DNA of 62,760 nt, taken from sequence record SRR2962707_1740; one strand, written 5' to 3'. The notes below the pieces were generated by a model that was given only the letters and a program-made list of their open reading frames with translations, was not told the DNA's origin and made no database searches. Below are positions 21,493 through 32,303 of the stretch, piece by piece. A program made the translations under genes and the position numbers. Every line of letters starts with the position of its first letter. Within the stretch, counting starts at the first letter, position 1.

Positions 21493-21998
21493 GCAAAGTC
21501 ATCCTCTTTTCCACTAATCATGGTAATAATGGCTTTAAGAAGCTCGGCAATAAGTTGCATAACGAGCAATAAGAAACCTAAGAACCAAGTAAAATAAATA
21601 GGCCAAACAATCGGGTTCCATGCGGAACGTCCAGAACGTTCGCCGCTTTCATAGGCTTCATAGAAATAATAAGCGAGCTCCCAGGTCAGCCAGATAATGA
21701 TCGGCAATAGCATGATGTAAAAGATGGCACGGATACTAGCAGCCACTCTATTCGACATTTTCATGGTGAGTAAATCTACGCTTACGTGTTGTTTAAGGCG
21801 TAGAGCATTTGCCATTCCGAGTACGAACAGCGTCCCCATTACCATGTAGCTGATTTCAAATGCCCATACGGTTGGAGTCCCTAAAACATGACGACTAAAC
21901 ACTTCGACAATCAAGGCTCCGACCAGCGGCAGTATCAACAGTGCGGCAATGCCACCAAAGAAACGTGTTGGCATTTCTAATATTTTGATAAGAATCAT
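21489..21998 (-). CDS. TRAP transporter small permease (DctQ-like)
   Basis: 4 TM, WAFEISY, QHVSVD; ATG 21998 with AGGA RBS. Confidence 0.88.
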   Translation of the reverse strand: MILIKILEMPTRFFGGIAALLILPLVGALIVEVFSRHVLGTPTVWAFEISYMVMGTLFVLGMANALRLKQHVSVDLLTMKMSNRVAASIRAIFYIMLLPIIIWLTWELAYYFYEAYESGERSGRSAWNPIVWPIYFTWFLGFLLLVMQLIAELLKAIITMISGKEDDFA

Positions 21999-22039
21999 TG
22001 TATTCCTGATAAGACAAATCTGAATAGGAGGAAAACAGA

Positions 22040-22070
22040 AGGGAAGAGGCAAATGACGACCTCTTCCCTC
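22040..22070 (-). other. Intercistronic hairpin after the TRAP solute-binding gene
   Basis: AGGGAAGAGG...CCTCTTCCCT; typical mRNA-stabilising stem after SBP genes (inference). Confidence 0.6.
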
Positions 22071-22075
22071 ATTTA

Positions 22076-23137
22076 TTAAAGTTCAGATTCACCAATTGCA
22101 AGGCGATATTCTGACCAATTTTTCATGTTTTCTTTGAACGCACGTTGAGAGTTAAGAACTTTTGCAAACCAAGGATTTTTCGTTGCGTTTTCGTCTTCCC
22201 AAGCCGTTGTTTCTTCAAGAATTTTAGTGATAAAGCTAGGGTCTAACTTAACGATTTCGTTTTTACCACTTTTTAACTCTTCATAAGCCGCTAGATCGGC
22301 GTATGAAGAAGCAAGCCATGAATCAAACACAGACAGCTTCGCGGCGTTGCGAAGTAGGTTTTGCTCTTGTGCTGTTAATTTATCCCATTGACGCTTGTTC
22401 ACCTGACACTCAAGAACACCACCTGATTGATGAACGCCTGGAACCATCACATATTTAGCAACTTCATGGAAACCAGTCGGTTTGTTCATTTCAGGGCTAC
22501 CCCACTCTGCGGCGTCAATCACACCGCGCTCAAGTGCGCTGTATATTTCACTGCCCGCCATTACGACCGTTGAAGCACCTAGACGAGAAGCAATTTCAGC
22601 CCATGCTCCTGATGTTCTTAGACGTAGACCTTGAAAGTCTTCAAACGTCTGTACTTTTTTGTTTGAGTGAAGAAAAATCTCAGTCCCCAAAACCGAGCAA
22701 GGTAATGCGACGACTTTCGATTTTTCCAAACGGAATTGTTCGTATAACTCTAGACCGCCACCTTGATATATCCATAACATGAACTCTTCTGGGGTTAGTC
22801 CGCTTGAGTGTCCAGCAAGTAGTGCTGCAGTCGGATCAACACCATAGTCATAGTTAATATAGTTGTGACTTAGCTGTGCAACGCCAGACTTAACCGTTTC
22901 CGTCACCTTTAATGCGCTACCCAATGTGCCGCCTGGGAACACCTTGATATTAAAGTCACCGTTACTCATTGTGTTAACGTGATCGGCAAAGTTTTGCGCA
23001 TCGCGTTCTAGCCAAGGACCACCTGACCAAGGAGTGGCCATACGCCAGTCTTTTTCAGCCGCACTGATGTTTACGCTAGCAGACATAACCGCTGTGGCGA
23101 TTAGAGTCGTCGATAATATTTTTTTAAGTGATTTCAT
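22076..23137 (-). CDS. TRAP transporter solute-binding protein (DctP-like)
   Basis: Signal peptide, WRMATPW, FQGLRLRT, EIYSALERGVIDAAEW. Confidence 0.92.
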   Translation of the reverse strand: MKSLKKILSTTLIATAVMSASVNISAAEKDWRMATPWSGGPWLERDAQNFADHVNTMSNGDFNIKVFPGGTLGSALKVTETVKSGVAQLSHNYINYDYGVDPTAALLAGHSSGLTPEEFMLWIYQGGGLELYEQFRLEKSKVVALPCSVLGTEIFLHSNKKVQTFEDFQGLRLRTSGAWAEIASRLGASTVVMAGSEIYSALERGVIDAAEWGSPEMNKPTGFHEVAKYVMVPGVHQSGGVLECQVNKRQWDKLTAQEQNLLRNAAKLSVFDSWLASSYADLAAYEELKSGKNEIVKLDPSFITKILEETTAWEDENATKNPWFAKVLNSQRAFKENMKNWSEYRLAIGESEL

Positions 23138-23846
23138 GTTCGTTCCTTTGTTTCTTGTTATTTCAGTGGATCACTGAAGCTAGAGCCAAGTCCGTGCTAA
23201 TTGTTGATATCGTCCTTGATTCCGTTGTTGTTTTAATTCATTGGTTTATATGCCGGATTCTTCAGCCTCTCTCAGACCTATTCCACTCAAGCCAGAGAGA
23301 CGCGTTCGACGATGCCTGGCAAGTCGTCATGTTCGACACTAAACGCTGCTCACGTTTTGACCTTAGTGGCAACCTAACGTTCAGTTACGCTTCGATTACA
23401 GAGTCGAAACTTGTTTCCTAGAGCACTCGTTTCAAGACCATTCTTCTTAATATTTTGGGAGCGAATCTTGTTTTTATTCGATCTATTTCATTACTGGTTA
23501 ACTCGCTTTATGTGGACTCCGATTCACACGAATAGTGTTGCTATCCTCACAAATGAATCTGCTTCTCAACTAGGTACACATCGATTGTAGGGGGTTTCTA
23601 ATGAATCAACTTGTCGAAAAAACTGGTCTTTTTGTGAGAAACACGGTTTTTGCAAAAAAGGTGTAAGAAAAAATTCTATTTTTGTTTACTTTGTAGGAGC
23701 TGAGGAGAGGCTGAAAGATTGTGCCGTAGCATAAACGCTATTGCGAACCGATTCTCTTATCTAGACCAGGTGTGTCGGTTGTTGTTTAGATCTAACAATG
23801 TCTTAAATAAAAATTGATGAGCAGAAAACAATTTTAGGAAGTTAAA

Positions 23847-24803
23847 GTGAAGAATATTTTCGTACAATACAAAGACGGTTGCTTACCTTATAAAAACGTA
23901 ATATCTGCATTAGATGATGCGTTTAGATTGGATATTAATTGCCCCATTCGTCACCATCACCATTTGAAAGTACCAGGTAAAAAAGAAGCCACCTTACTAT
24001 TAATGCCCGCTTGGTTAGAAGGCCAATACTTAGGGGTTAAACAAGTCAGTGTTTTTCCGAGTAATAGCGAAGCGGGCCTGCCTGGATTAAATAGCATCTA
24101 TATTCTTAGCTGTGCAAAAACAGGTCAGCCTCTCGCACAATTTGATGGCAACATTATTACCGCTCGACGCACAGCATCAGCAGCAGCATTAGGTGCAAAA
24201 TACTTATCTCGACCAGACTCTAAGTCTTTGTTAATGATTGGAGCAGGGAAAGTTGCGAGCCAAGTGGTACAAGCAATGTGTGAAGTGCGTGATATAGAAG
24301 AAATTAAAGTCTTTGATATTTATGAGGCTTCAGCGGCCCGCTTGGTCGACCAAATTCAAACAGACATGAAGATTAAAGCCAGTGTCGTCAGCAAAGAAGA
24401 GCTACCTAACACCGTCGCTTGGGCCGATATTGTCAGTTGTGCCACATTAAGTGAAGAGCCGTTGGTACTAGGAGAATGGGTAACACCTGGAACACACGTT
24501 GATTTGATCGGTAGTTTTACCCCTAATATGCGAGAAGCCGATGATTCTCTAATGCAAAAAGCACAGGTATTCGCCGATTTCAAAGAAGCAGCACTAACTG
24601 AAACGGGCGACTTTATTGCCCCAATCAAAAGCGGTGCAATCACAGCGGACCATATAATAGGTGATTTTTTCACATTAAGCCGTGGAGTTCATGCTGGACG
24701 TCAACAATTTAACGACCCAGAAAATGATATCTCCGTATTTAAAGCGGTTGGCTCCTCCATTGAAGACCTTGCCACTGCGATGCTATGGTTTGATTCAATT
24801 TAG
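23847..24803 (+). CDS. Ornithine cyclodeaminase/mu-crystallin family imine reductase (LhpI-like)
   Basis: LLLMPAW, TARRTASAAAL, IGAGKVA, GTHVDLIGSF, FKAVG; GTG start with AGGA RBS. Confidence 0.85.
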   Translation: MKNIFVQYKDGCLPYKNVISALDDAFRLDINCPIRHHHHLKVPGKKEATLLLMPAWLEGQYLGVKQVSVFPSNSEAGLPGLNSIYILSCAKTGQPLAQFDGNIITARRTASAAALGAKYLSRPDSKSLLMIGAGKVASQVVQAMCEVRDIEEIKVFDIYEASAARLVDQIQTDMKIKASVVSKEELPNTVAWADIVSCATLSEEPLVLGEWVTPGTHVDLIGSFTPNMREADDSLMQKAQVFADFKEAALTETGDFIAPIKSGAITADHIIGDFFTLSRGVHAGRQQFNDPENDISVFKAVGSSIEDLATAMLWFDSI

Positions 24804-24823
24804 CGAATAAGTTTTCACAGAGC

Positions 24824-24870
24824 TGCCTTTTTAAAGTGCAAGGTCAAACTTGCACTTTTTATAAGGCATT
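24824..24870 (+). terminator. Terminator after the OCD-family gene
   Basis: AAAGTGCAAG...CTTGCACTTTTT stem with outer TGCCTT/AAGGCA pairing. Confidence 0.7.
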
Positions 24871-25480
24871 CTCTATAAACTAACGCCATACATATCAATC
24901 ATTTATTTTTTAGGAAAGGATCATTTCTAAAAAAGAGAATGGTTTCTAAAAGCCAGATCTTAAATAAAAGCTGAGCTTTTTATAATGGTAGCAGCATAAA
25001 TTCAGTGTTGAACATTGCATCACTTGAAAAGAGAGCGAACATTGCTATGGAAGGTATGATTATCTGCCGCCTTTTTTAAGGCCTACAGCAGCAAGGCTTA
25101 CGTTGATTTTATTCACTGACTGTCCCTCTAGAACGTCAGCAAAAAGGCATCTATAGCAAGCAATCGGTGCTCCACAGACGCCCGACTCTTGTTCTTTACC
25201 CTCTCTATACCAATTTTTATCAAATTAAAGTAATGAGCTGGCGAGGTTATGAGGTAAGATGTTGGCACTTACATTGCATTTTGTTGCTGTTGATCACGGT
25301 AATAGGTGCCCCTATGATGTAAATTAAAACAACTTAATAACAGATCGGTGTTTCCTCACCGCTTTGAACACGCTTCATTACACCACTATTCCGTACGCTA
25401 AAGAGGCACTTCTAAACAAAGTGCTTGTTGGTTACCCCATGGAACAATGACGTTATTACACACTAAGAGACAGGCGTTTT

Positions 25481-25693
25481 ATGACAGATAAGCACTTTAT
25501 TTTTCAACGAATTCAGAACTTTGCAGGTGAAGGGTTTGACCCCACTGCGGATGACCAGGTAGCGACTATGCTGCGCTCAAAATTTAATATCTACCTACCT
25601 CAAAGAACATCCATCGATAAGTCCCTTGAGTCCACCAGTAGTGATCACGAAATCATTAATCTGATTATTCAATATCGAACCATGAGCGCTTAA
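25481..25693 (+). CDS. Small protein resembling the thumb subdomain of DNA polymerase I
   Basis: FAGEGFD...QVATMLRSKFNI...HEIINLIIQYR resembles the PolA AGEEFN..S.KQL..IL.EK...ILEYR segment. Confidence 0.55.
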   Translation: MTDKHFIFQRIQNFAGEGFDPTADDQVATMLRSKFNIYLPQRTSIDKSLESTSSDHEIINLIIQYRTMSA

Positions 25694-25778
25694 CACTTTT
25701 CCCTATTCTTTTTCACGACTGCCCTTAACGCTTCTTTTTCTTGCCAACAGGCGTCTGTGACCTATCAGGGTTCGCGCA

Positions 25779-26750
25779 TTACAAACACGAGAGCGGGCTT
25801 TCTTGCCAAACTCGATTCGCCGCTTGGTGCAATAAACTGTGCCGCCACGCCACTTTTTCTTCTTGCCGGTCATAGCCACCACCAATCACACAGGCAACAG
25901 GCAAGCCCAGCGCTACACAAGTGGCGATCACGAAGTGATCTCGCGCCAGCACCCCCTTATCGGTTAGGTTGACATAGCCTAGCCGGTCCTCTTTGTGCAC
26001 ATCGACACCGGCATCATAGAAGATAAAATCAGGCTGATGTTGCGCTAATAAGTTCGGCAGCGTGCTTTTTAAGATGGCTAAATATTGCTCGTCATCTGCC
26101 CCTTTGGGAATGGCGATGTTGATGCCTTTTGTTTGTTTCACGCTGGGGTAGTTTTCTTCGCAATGCCAAGAGATTGGTATGATGTCAGTCCGATCTTGAA
26201 AGAAGGCAACGGTGCCATCGCCCTGGTGCACATCGCAATCCAAGATCAGCACTTTTTTGGCTTTGCCTGAGTTCACCAAAGCCAATGCCGCGACGGCCAA
26301 ATCATTAAAAATACAAAAGCCTGCACCATGGGAAGGGTGCGCATGGTGTGTGCCACCCGCCAGGTGACAGGCCAACCCATGTTGCAAGGCCAACTCACTG
26401 GTGAGTATGGTGCCAGAAACCGCACGCAAGGTACGCTCTACTAGCCACTCAGACCAAGGCAAACCAATTTCTTTGACTTCTTGGACACTCAAATCGCCAC
26501 GAATAAAGCGCTGAACATACCCTTTATCATGAGCCTGCATCAGTGTGGTTAACGATAAGGGTATGGGTTGATGCTCGTTTTCAGCGCTCAAAATACCTTG
26601 TTCACGCAAGGTCTCTGCGAGCAAGCGAAATTTGTGCATCGGAAAACGATGCCCTGCCGGAAACGGTATGCTGTAGTGAGGGTGAAAAACCAGTGGCATT
26701 TTAGCCGGCGTTACCGCCACAGCACTGGCTGTAGAAAGCGAATCAGTCAT
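25779..26750 (-). CDS. Histone deacetylase family protein
   Basis: HRFPMHKF, GGTHHA, GFCIFND, DCDVHQGDGT, GGGY. Confidence 0.92.
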   Translation of the reverse strand: MTDSLSTASAVAVTPAKMPLVFHPHYSIPFPAGHRFPMHKFRLLAETLREQGILSAENEHQPIPLSLTTLMQAHDKGYVQRFIRGDLSVQEVKEIGLPWSEWLVERTLRAVSGTILTSELALQHGLACHLAGGTHHAHPSHGAGFCIFNDLAVAALALVNSGKAKKVLILDCDVHQGDGTVAFFQDRTDIIPISWHCEENYPSVKQTKGINIAIPKGADDEQYLAILKSTLPNLLAQHQPDFIFYDAGVDVHKEDRLGYVNLTDKGVLARDHFVIATCVALGLPVACVIGGGYDRQEEKVAWRHSLLHQAANRVWQESPLSCL

Positions 26751-26798
26751 AGAAAAACACAGAAAATTAAAGACATAGAACAAGCATGTTAGCAGTGA

Positions 26799-27908
26799 TT
26801 ATTGGCTGCGCGCCACTATGACCTTGCGAATCGCCGCGTTAAAGGATTCCACCAAATGAGGAGGAAAGCCTTTGCCACTTTCAAAGTTAACCTGTTGAAT
26901 CGCTCGCATCGAACTTTTTCGATATTCGCTGCCCGACTTCCCCCAGACAACATCAATAAACATCACAGAAATGGCCAACAAGAAGGCCCCTTGAGGAATT
27001 AAAGGCCCCACCAATCCAGCCGGAAAACCGCTGCCATCAAAACGTTCTTTATGGGTTTTTACCATGGCGACTGCGGCATCCCAGCCAAGGTGTTTGTCGA
27101 GCAGTTTGGCGCCGACCATAGGATGATTTAATTCTGCCTGACGCTTGGCCTCCTCGTCATCTTGGCAGTTCAATACCACCGCCATCCCCATATTATGCAT
27201 GTAGGCTGCGGCACTGAGTTGAGCGGGATCTTCTGGTGTTTGGCATTCTAGGTTGATCAATTGGCTCAGTTTAAGAATGCGTTCACTACGCTCCTCAGAG
27301 TAACCTAGCAAACGGTTTAGCTTGGTGCTGAATAATCGAAATTGCTCGATGTCTGCTTGCTGCACAGCGCTGTAATTGACCTTCACCAAAAGCGACGTTG
27401 TTTTTGCGCCGATCGGTGCATCGCTTAACTCAACCGCGATATCTTCTAATAAAGAACGAGCAAGGCTTGGTCGGTTGGCGTCGTTTTCACAGCCATAAAT
27501 AGCGTCCAGTCCTGACTGTAACTTTTCCAACACCAAACGCTCGGCGCCGTGGTATTGATACAGATCTTGCAATAGGCAACCCACTTGCTCCAGCACCACA
27601 TTGATCACATCGCCTAAGTCATAGTGATAAGCGATATAGCCGCCCCGCATGCCATCCACAATTTCTTCTAAACTGTGAAGGGCCGCCACCAAAGGATCCA
27701 GAAAACAGACAGAGCAGTTTCCTTTCATACTATGAAGCGAGCGAAATAACGTATCGAGTTTGTCGAAAGAAAAGCCGTCATCTTCGATATTATTGATGAT
27801 GTTTTCGATTTCTTGTTGGGCTTCTTGGTAGCACTCTAGTAAGTCATCTTTGAGCTCTTTTTCCAGAGCAGAGAATTCTGTGCAGGCAAATTGACTCATA
27901 GTGTCCAT
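26799..27908 (-). CDS. Hpt domain fused to a degenerate HD-GYP domain
   Basis: LFRSLHSMKG (CheA-P1/Hpt His); C-terminal HKERFDGSGFP, with MHNMG in place of HD. Confidence 0.75.
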   Translation of the reverse strand: MDTMSQFACTEFSALEKELKDDLLECYQEAQQEIENIINNIEDDGFSFDKLDTLFRSLHSMKGNCSVCFLDPLVAALHSLEEIVDGMRGGYIAYHYDLGDVINVVLEQVGCLLQDLYQYHGAERLVLEKLQSGLDAIYGCENDANRPSLARSLLEDIAVELSDAPIGAKTTSLLVKVNYSAVQQADIEQFRLFSTKLNRLLGYSEERSERILKLSQLINLECQTPEDPAQLSAAAYMHNMGMAVVLNCQDDEEAKRQAELNHPMVGAKLLDKHLGWDAAVAMVKTHKERFDGSGFPAGLVGPLIPQGAFLLAISVMFIDVVWGKSGSEYRKSSMRAIQQVNFESGKGFPPHLVESFNAAIRKVIVARSQ

Positions 27909-28059
27909 CCATTACAAAAAAGCGCGCTTGTTTGAAACCTGTATGTCGCCTTCAAACGATTTCGCGCATGACCTATTCCATGGCTTAATGCCCTCATTGT
28001 AGATAAAATACCATGGATCGTGAAGCACCCAACTGTCTCGCTATGACACTGAGGAAAAT

Positions 28060-28521
28060 ATGTCTCAATATTGGCTAATGAAATCCGAGCCTGATGCGTT
28101 TTCAATAGATGACCTTAAACAACAAGGACCGTCCCCATGGGATGGTGTTCGAAATTACCAAGCTCGCAATTTCATGAAGGACATGAAGATTGACGATCTT
28201 GTCTTTTTTTATCACTCCAGCTGTAAACCCGCGGGCATTGCAGGCATTGCTAAAGTCACTCGTAACGCGTATCCAGACCACACCAGTTGGGATCCGAACA
28301 GCGCATACTACGACCCTAAATCCACGAAAGAAAGCCCTCGTTGGTTTATGGTGGATATTGAACTCGTTGAGAAATTTCCTGTACTGATCCCATTAAGCAG
28401 TCTAAAACAAGACCCTGAACTGACCGACATGGCGCTGCTGAAAAAAGGGAGCCGCTTGTCCGTCATGCCCATAGTAGAGTCTCATTGGCAACATATACTC
28501 CAGAGCACACGCTCAGCCTAA
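28060..28521 (+). CDS. EVE domain protein
   Basis: YWLMKSEP, WDGVRNYQARN, YYDPKS, RLSVMP. Confidence 0.93.
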   Translation: MSQYWLMKSEPDAFSIDDLKQQGPSPWDGVRNYQARNFMKDMKIDDLVFFYHSSCKPAGIAGIAKVTRNAYPDHTSWDPNSAYYDPKSTKESPRWFMVDIELVEKFPVLIPLSSLKQDPELTDMALLKKGSRLSVMPIVESHWQHILQSTRSA

Positions 28522-28535
28522 CCCATGATGCTGGC

Positions 28536-29219
28536 TTAATGATAACGCCTTTCGCGCTCTTTCAGTGACACGGCGGTATCAAAGTAATAACGGGCAATAA
28601 CCCCCAGATAATCATTGTCTTCGCCCGATCGAACAATGATCCCAAGGCTCGCTAACTGGCGGTATTTCTCTGGCTGATAGTAGGTTTCAAGACGCCAAGC
28701 AGACTCATCGTTATAGCGTTCACGGTAGACAGAAACACGCTGATCGTCGTTCAGGTAATAACTCATACCAACACGAGTACTACTAAGATTGTTGAGTGTA
28801 CTGTCGTATGAAGTGTAGTTCCCGGTGAGCGTTACAGCGTCCCAGAATGCATCCGCCATGGCGCGCCCCACCACACTGCGATCGGTTTCTTTGTTGTCGT
28901 CTTTCGGTTTGAACTCAGACAAGCCAACACCAATACCTAATCGACCGTATTCATTTCGAGCAAACCAGTTAGAAGCCAGTTCCGACTGCGCAAAACTGTC
29001 TTCTGAGCGTCCTGTCATCAGGTAATTACTATTCAACAGAACTTGTGTGGAATACACATCCGTTAACGGAATATTCAGCACGACGTCCAAATTAAACAGC
29101 GCTTTACTGTTTAATAGCCCGCCTCCGAGCCCCAATTCAAAATTGGGGGATTCGTCATCTGCCCATACGGACTCACTGAAAATGTTTAAAATAATGAAAA
29201 TTGAAAGCAGGTACTTCAT
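28536..29219 (-). CDS. Hypothetical exported protein, probable beta-barrel
   Basis: ATG 29219 with AAGGAG RBS, signal peptide, alternating aromatic beta-strands. Confidence 0.6.
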   Translation of the reverse strand: MKYLLSIFIILNIFSESVWADDESPNFELGLGGGLLNSKALFNLDVVLNIPLTDVYSTQVLLNSNYLMTGRSEDSFAQSELASNWFARNEYGRLGIGVGLSEFKPKDDNKETDRSVVGRAMADAFWDAVTLTGNYTSYDSTLNNLSSTRVGMSYYLNDDQRVSVYRERYNDESAWRLETYYQPEKYRQLASLGIIVRSGEDNDYLGVIARYYFDTAVSLKERERRYH

Positions 29220-29412
29220 AGGGTCTCCTTGCCCAGACAGCCCTATAACTGTGGCATTGTCAGGTAAATAAAGCAAAGTCGATGGCGCTTGTGAACAAAC
29301 TATTTCGACTTTAAATGCGCGGAATGTTCGACACCTCTGTGATTCAGACTCAATCCCCAATATAATGGGTACAAAGTCGATAAGACGAACACATTTTAGG
29401 TTTATAGGTTAC

Positions 29413-30768
29413 ATGGCAAAAAAACTTTTTATCCAAACTCACGGCTGCCAAATGAACGAATACGATTCTTCTCGTATGGCAGATTTACTCGGCGAAAGTC
29501 ATGAGATGGAGCTAACAGACAATGCGGACGAAGCAGACGTTCTGCTTCTAAACACATGCTCCATTCGTGAAAAAGCGCAAGATAAGGTATATCACCAACT
29601 TGGCCGCTGGAAAAAACTAAAACAGAAAAACCCAAACCTCGTCATTGGTGTGGGCGGTTGTGTGGCAAGCCAAGAAGGCGATGCTATTCGCAAGCGCGCT
29701 AAACACGTTGATATGATTTTTGGCCCACAAACGCTGCATAAGTTACCAGAAATGGTCAATGCGGCGGGCAGCCATATTCCTATCACTGACGTCACTTTTC
29801 CAGAAATTGAAAAGTTCGACCACCTACCAGCGCCTCGCGTTGACGGCGCGGAAGCCTTTGTTTCCATCATGGAAGGCTGCAGTAAGTACTGTACTTTTTG
29901 TGTGGTGCCTTACACTCGCGGTGAAGAAGTCAGTCGTCCGTTTGAAAGTATCCTAGTTGAAGTCGTTCAATTGGCTGAGCAAGGCGTTCGAGAGATTCAC
30001 TTGCTGGGTCAGAACGTTAACGCATACCGTGGTGAAAACGAAGATGGCGACGAAACAGATTTAGCGGACATTATCCACGCCGTTGCTCAAATTGACGGGG
30101 TTGAACGTATTCGTTTCACCACCTCGCATCCAGTGGAATTCACCGACAGCTTGATCGAAGCCTTCCGTAACGAGCCTAAGTTGGTGAGTCACCTGCATTT
30201 GCCGGTACAAAGTGGTGCCGATAACATTTTGAGCGCCATGAAACGCGGCCATGATCGTCAATATTACATTGATAAAATCAACCGTATTAAAGAAGCACGA
30301 CCAGGCATTAGCTTGTCTTCTGACTTTATTATTGGCTTCCCTGGCGAAACCGACGATGACTTCATCGATACAATGAACCTGATACAAGAGATTGGTTTCG
30401 ACCATTCTTTCAGCTTCGTTTACAGCCAGCGCCCTGGTACGCCAGCGTCTAACTTAGAAGACGACACGCCTGAAGAGGTGAAAAAAGAACGCCTTTCGAT
30501 TCTACAGCGTCGCATCAGCCAGCAAGCTTATGACATTAGCTTGGCCATGGTTGGCGAGGTTCAACGCATCTTAATCAGTGGTTATTCCCCACGCGATCCA
30601 GGCCAGCTACAAGGCCGCACAGAAAATAATCGCATTGTGAATTTCCGCGCGACGGACTCACAATTAATCGGCAAATTTGCCGATGTGGTGATCACAGACG
30701 CTTATCCAAACTCCCTTCTTGGGGAATTGATTGGCTCTGAACTCGACACTGATTTTGTTCTTCATTAA
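29413..30768 (+). CDS. miaB: tRNA methylthiotransferase MiaB
   Basis: [17 protein letters not shown] radical SAM motif, TRAM domain. Confidence 0.96.
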   Translation: MAKKLFIQTHGCQMNEYDSSRMADLLGESHEMELTDNADEADVLLLNTCSIREKAQDKVYHQLGRWKKLKQKNPNLVIGVGGCVASQEGDAIRKRAKHVDMIFGPQTLHKLPEMVNAAGSHIPITDVTFPEIEKFDHLPAPRVDGAEAFVSIMEGCSKYCTFCVVPYTRGEEVSRPFESILVEVVQLAEQGVREIHLLGQNVNAYRGENEDGDETDLADIIHAVAQIDGVERIRFTTSHPVEFTDSLIEAFRNEPKLVSHLHLPVQSGADNILSAMKRGHDRQYYIDKINRIKEARPGISLSSDFIIGFPGETDDDFIDTMNLIQEIGFDHSFSFVYSQRPGTPASNLEDDTPEEVKKERLSILQRRISQQAYDISLAMVGEVQRILISGYSPRDPGQLQGRTENNRIVNFRATDSQLIGKFADVVITDAYPNSLLGELIGSELDTDFVLH

Positions 30769-30780
30769 GTAAGGTAACTC

Positions 30781-31827
30781 TTGGAAACCACACAGACAAC
30801 ACAACAAACTCGCTTAGCGCCTGCCCAAGCTTCTGCTTTGGCGGCGTTATGCGGTCAGCTTGATGAGAACATTAAGCTGATCGAAGCTCGTCTTGATGTC
30901 ACTATCCGCTATCGCGGTGAACTGTTTGATATTTCAGGCGATGACGCAGAACGCGTTGCTGCCAGCAAAACCCTGATCGAAAACTTGTATCGAGAAGCCC
31001 TCGCGGAATCTGTGCTTAGTACAGAAACAGTGCATCTCTATTTGCAAGAATCTGCGATTGAATCAATCACCAAAAGCAGCAAAAGCCAAAGCGATCAACT
31101 GGTCATAAAAACACGTAAAGCCTTTATCAAACCAAAAGGCAGAAACCAACAAGGTTATGTCCGCGAAGTTCGCAAAAATGACATTAACTTTGGCATTGGA
31201 CCCGCTGGTACAGGTAAAACATACCTGGCAGTGGCGTGTGCAGTTGAAGCGTTAGAAGCCGATCGTGTAGAACGTATTATGCTTGTTCGACCGGCAGTGG
31301 AAGCAGGCGAAAAACTGGGCTTTTTGCCTGGTGACTTATCACAAAAAATCGACCCTTATCTACGCCCACTGTACGATGCTCTTTACGAGATGCTCGGCTT
31401 TGAGTTAGTGGACAAGCTGATCGAGAAAAACGTCATTGAAATCGCGCCGCTTGCGTTTATGCGCGGTCGTACGCTAAACAATGCGTTTATCATTCTGGAT
31501 GAAAGTCAGAACACCACCCGTGAGCAAATGAAAATGTTTCTTACGCGCATTGGTTTTGGCTCTACTGCGGTTATCACAGGCGACACCTCTCAGGTCGATT
31601 TGCCGCGTGGAACCTCCTCCGGCCTTGCCCACGCTATGCATGTATTACGTGGCGTCAACGGCATTAGCTTGACTCACTTTACCGCGGCCGATGTGGTTCG
31701 TCATCCTCTGGTACAACGCATCGTTGAAGCTTACGAGCGCTTCGATGAAGAAGAGGAAGTCGAGAAAAAAGCCCGCACCGAAGCCCGTTTAAAAGCGCAA
31801 GCTGAACGCAAGAGCAATACAGAATAA
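30781..31827 (+). CDS. ybeZ: PhoH-family ATPase
   Basis: [21 protein letters not shown]; synteny. Confidence 0.93.
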   Translation: METTQTTQQTRLAPAQASALAALCGQLDENIKLIEARLDVTIRYRGELFDISGDDAERVAASKTLIENLYREALAESVLSTETVHLYLQESAIESITKSSKSQSDQLVIKTRKAFIKPKGRNQQGYVREVRKNDINFGIGPAGTGKTYLAVACAVEALEADRVERIMLVRPAVEAGEKLGFLPGDLSQKIDPYLRPLYDALYEMLGFELVDKLIEKNVIEIAPLAFMRGRTLNNAFIILDESQNTTREQMKMFLTRIGFGSTAVITGDTSQVDLPRGTSSGLAHAMHVLRGVNGISLTHFTAADVVRHPLVQRIVEAYERFDEEEEVEKKARTEARLKAQAERKSNTE

Positions 31828-32291
31828 TGGCCCATTTAGAGTTAGATCTACAAGTTGCCACAGAAGACACCGACACCCTACCCAGCCTTGAAGATTTTTC
31901 TCGCTGGGTACAGGTGGCCTTGCCGACCATTGGTGACGAATTTGAAGTGACTATTCGTCTTGTTGACGAAGCAGAAAGCCAATCACTCAACAACGAATAC
32001 CGTGGCAAAGACAAACCCACTAACGTCCTCTCTTTTCCATTCGAAGCACCTATGGATTTAGATGTGCCCCTGCTGGGTGACTTAGTCATCTGTACGCAAG
32101 TGGTTAACCAAGAAGCAAAAGAACAACAAAAACCTCTTTTGCATCACTGGGCACACTTGACGATTCATGGCATATTGCATTTACGTGGTTATGACCATAT
32201 AAATGATGATGAAGCAGAAGAAATGGAAGCACTGGAAGTGCAACTACTCGCTTCCCTAGATATACCCGACCCCTATTTGATAAAAGAGTGA
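31827..32291 (+). CDS. ybeY: rRNA maturation RNase YbeY
   Basis: [16 protein letters not shown]. Confidence 0.95.
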   Translation: MAHLELDLQVATEDTDTLPSLEDFSRWVQVALPTIGDEFEVTIRLVDEAESQSLNNEYRGKDKPTNVLSFPFEAPMDLDVPLLGDLVICTQVVNQEAKEQQKPLLHHWAHLTIHGILHLRGYDHINDDEAEEMEALEVQLLASLDIPDPYLIKE

Positions 32292-32303
32292 GTTCACAAC
32301 CCC

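Noticed and set aside
23128-23421. 97-aa ORF opposite the dctP leader
   Set aside because: Overlaps the dctP start antisense, has no RBS or motif; probably spurious
17805-25480. Prophage, IS or integrative element call for the accessory region
   Set aside because: No integrase, transposase, tRNA or clear att repeat seen
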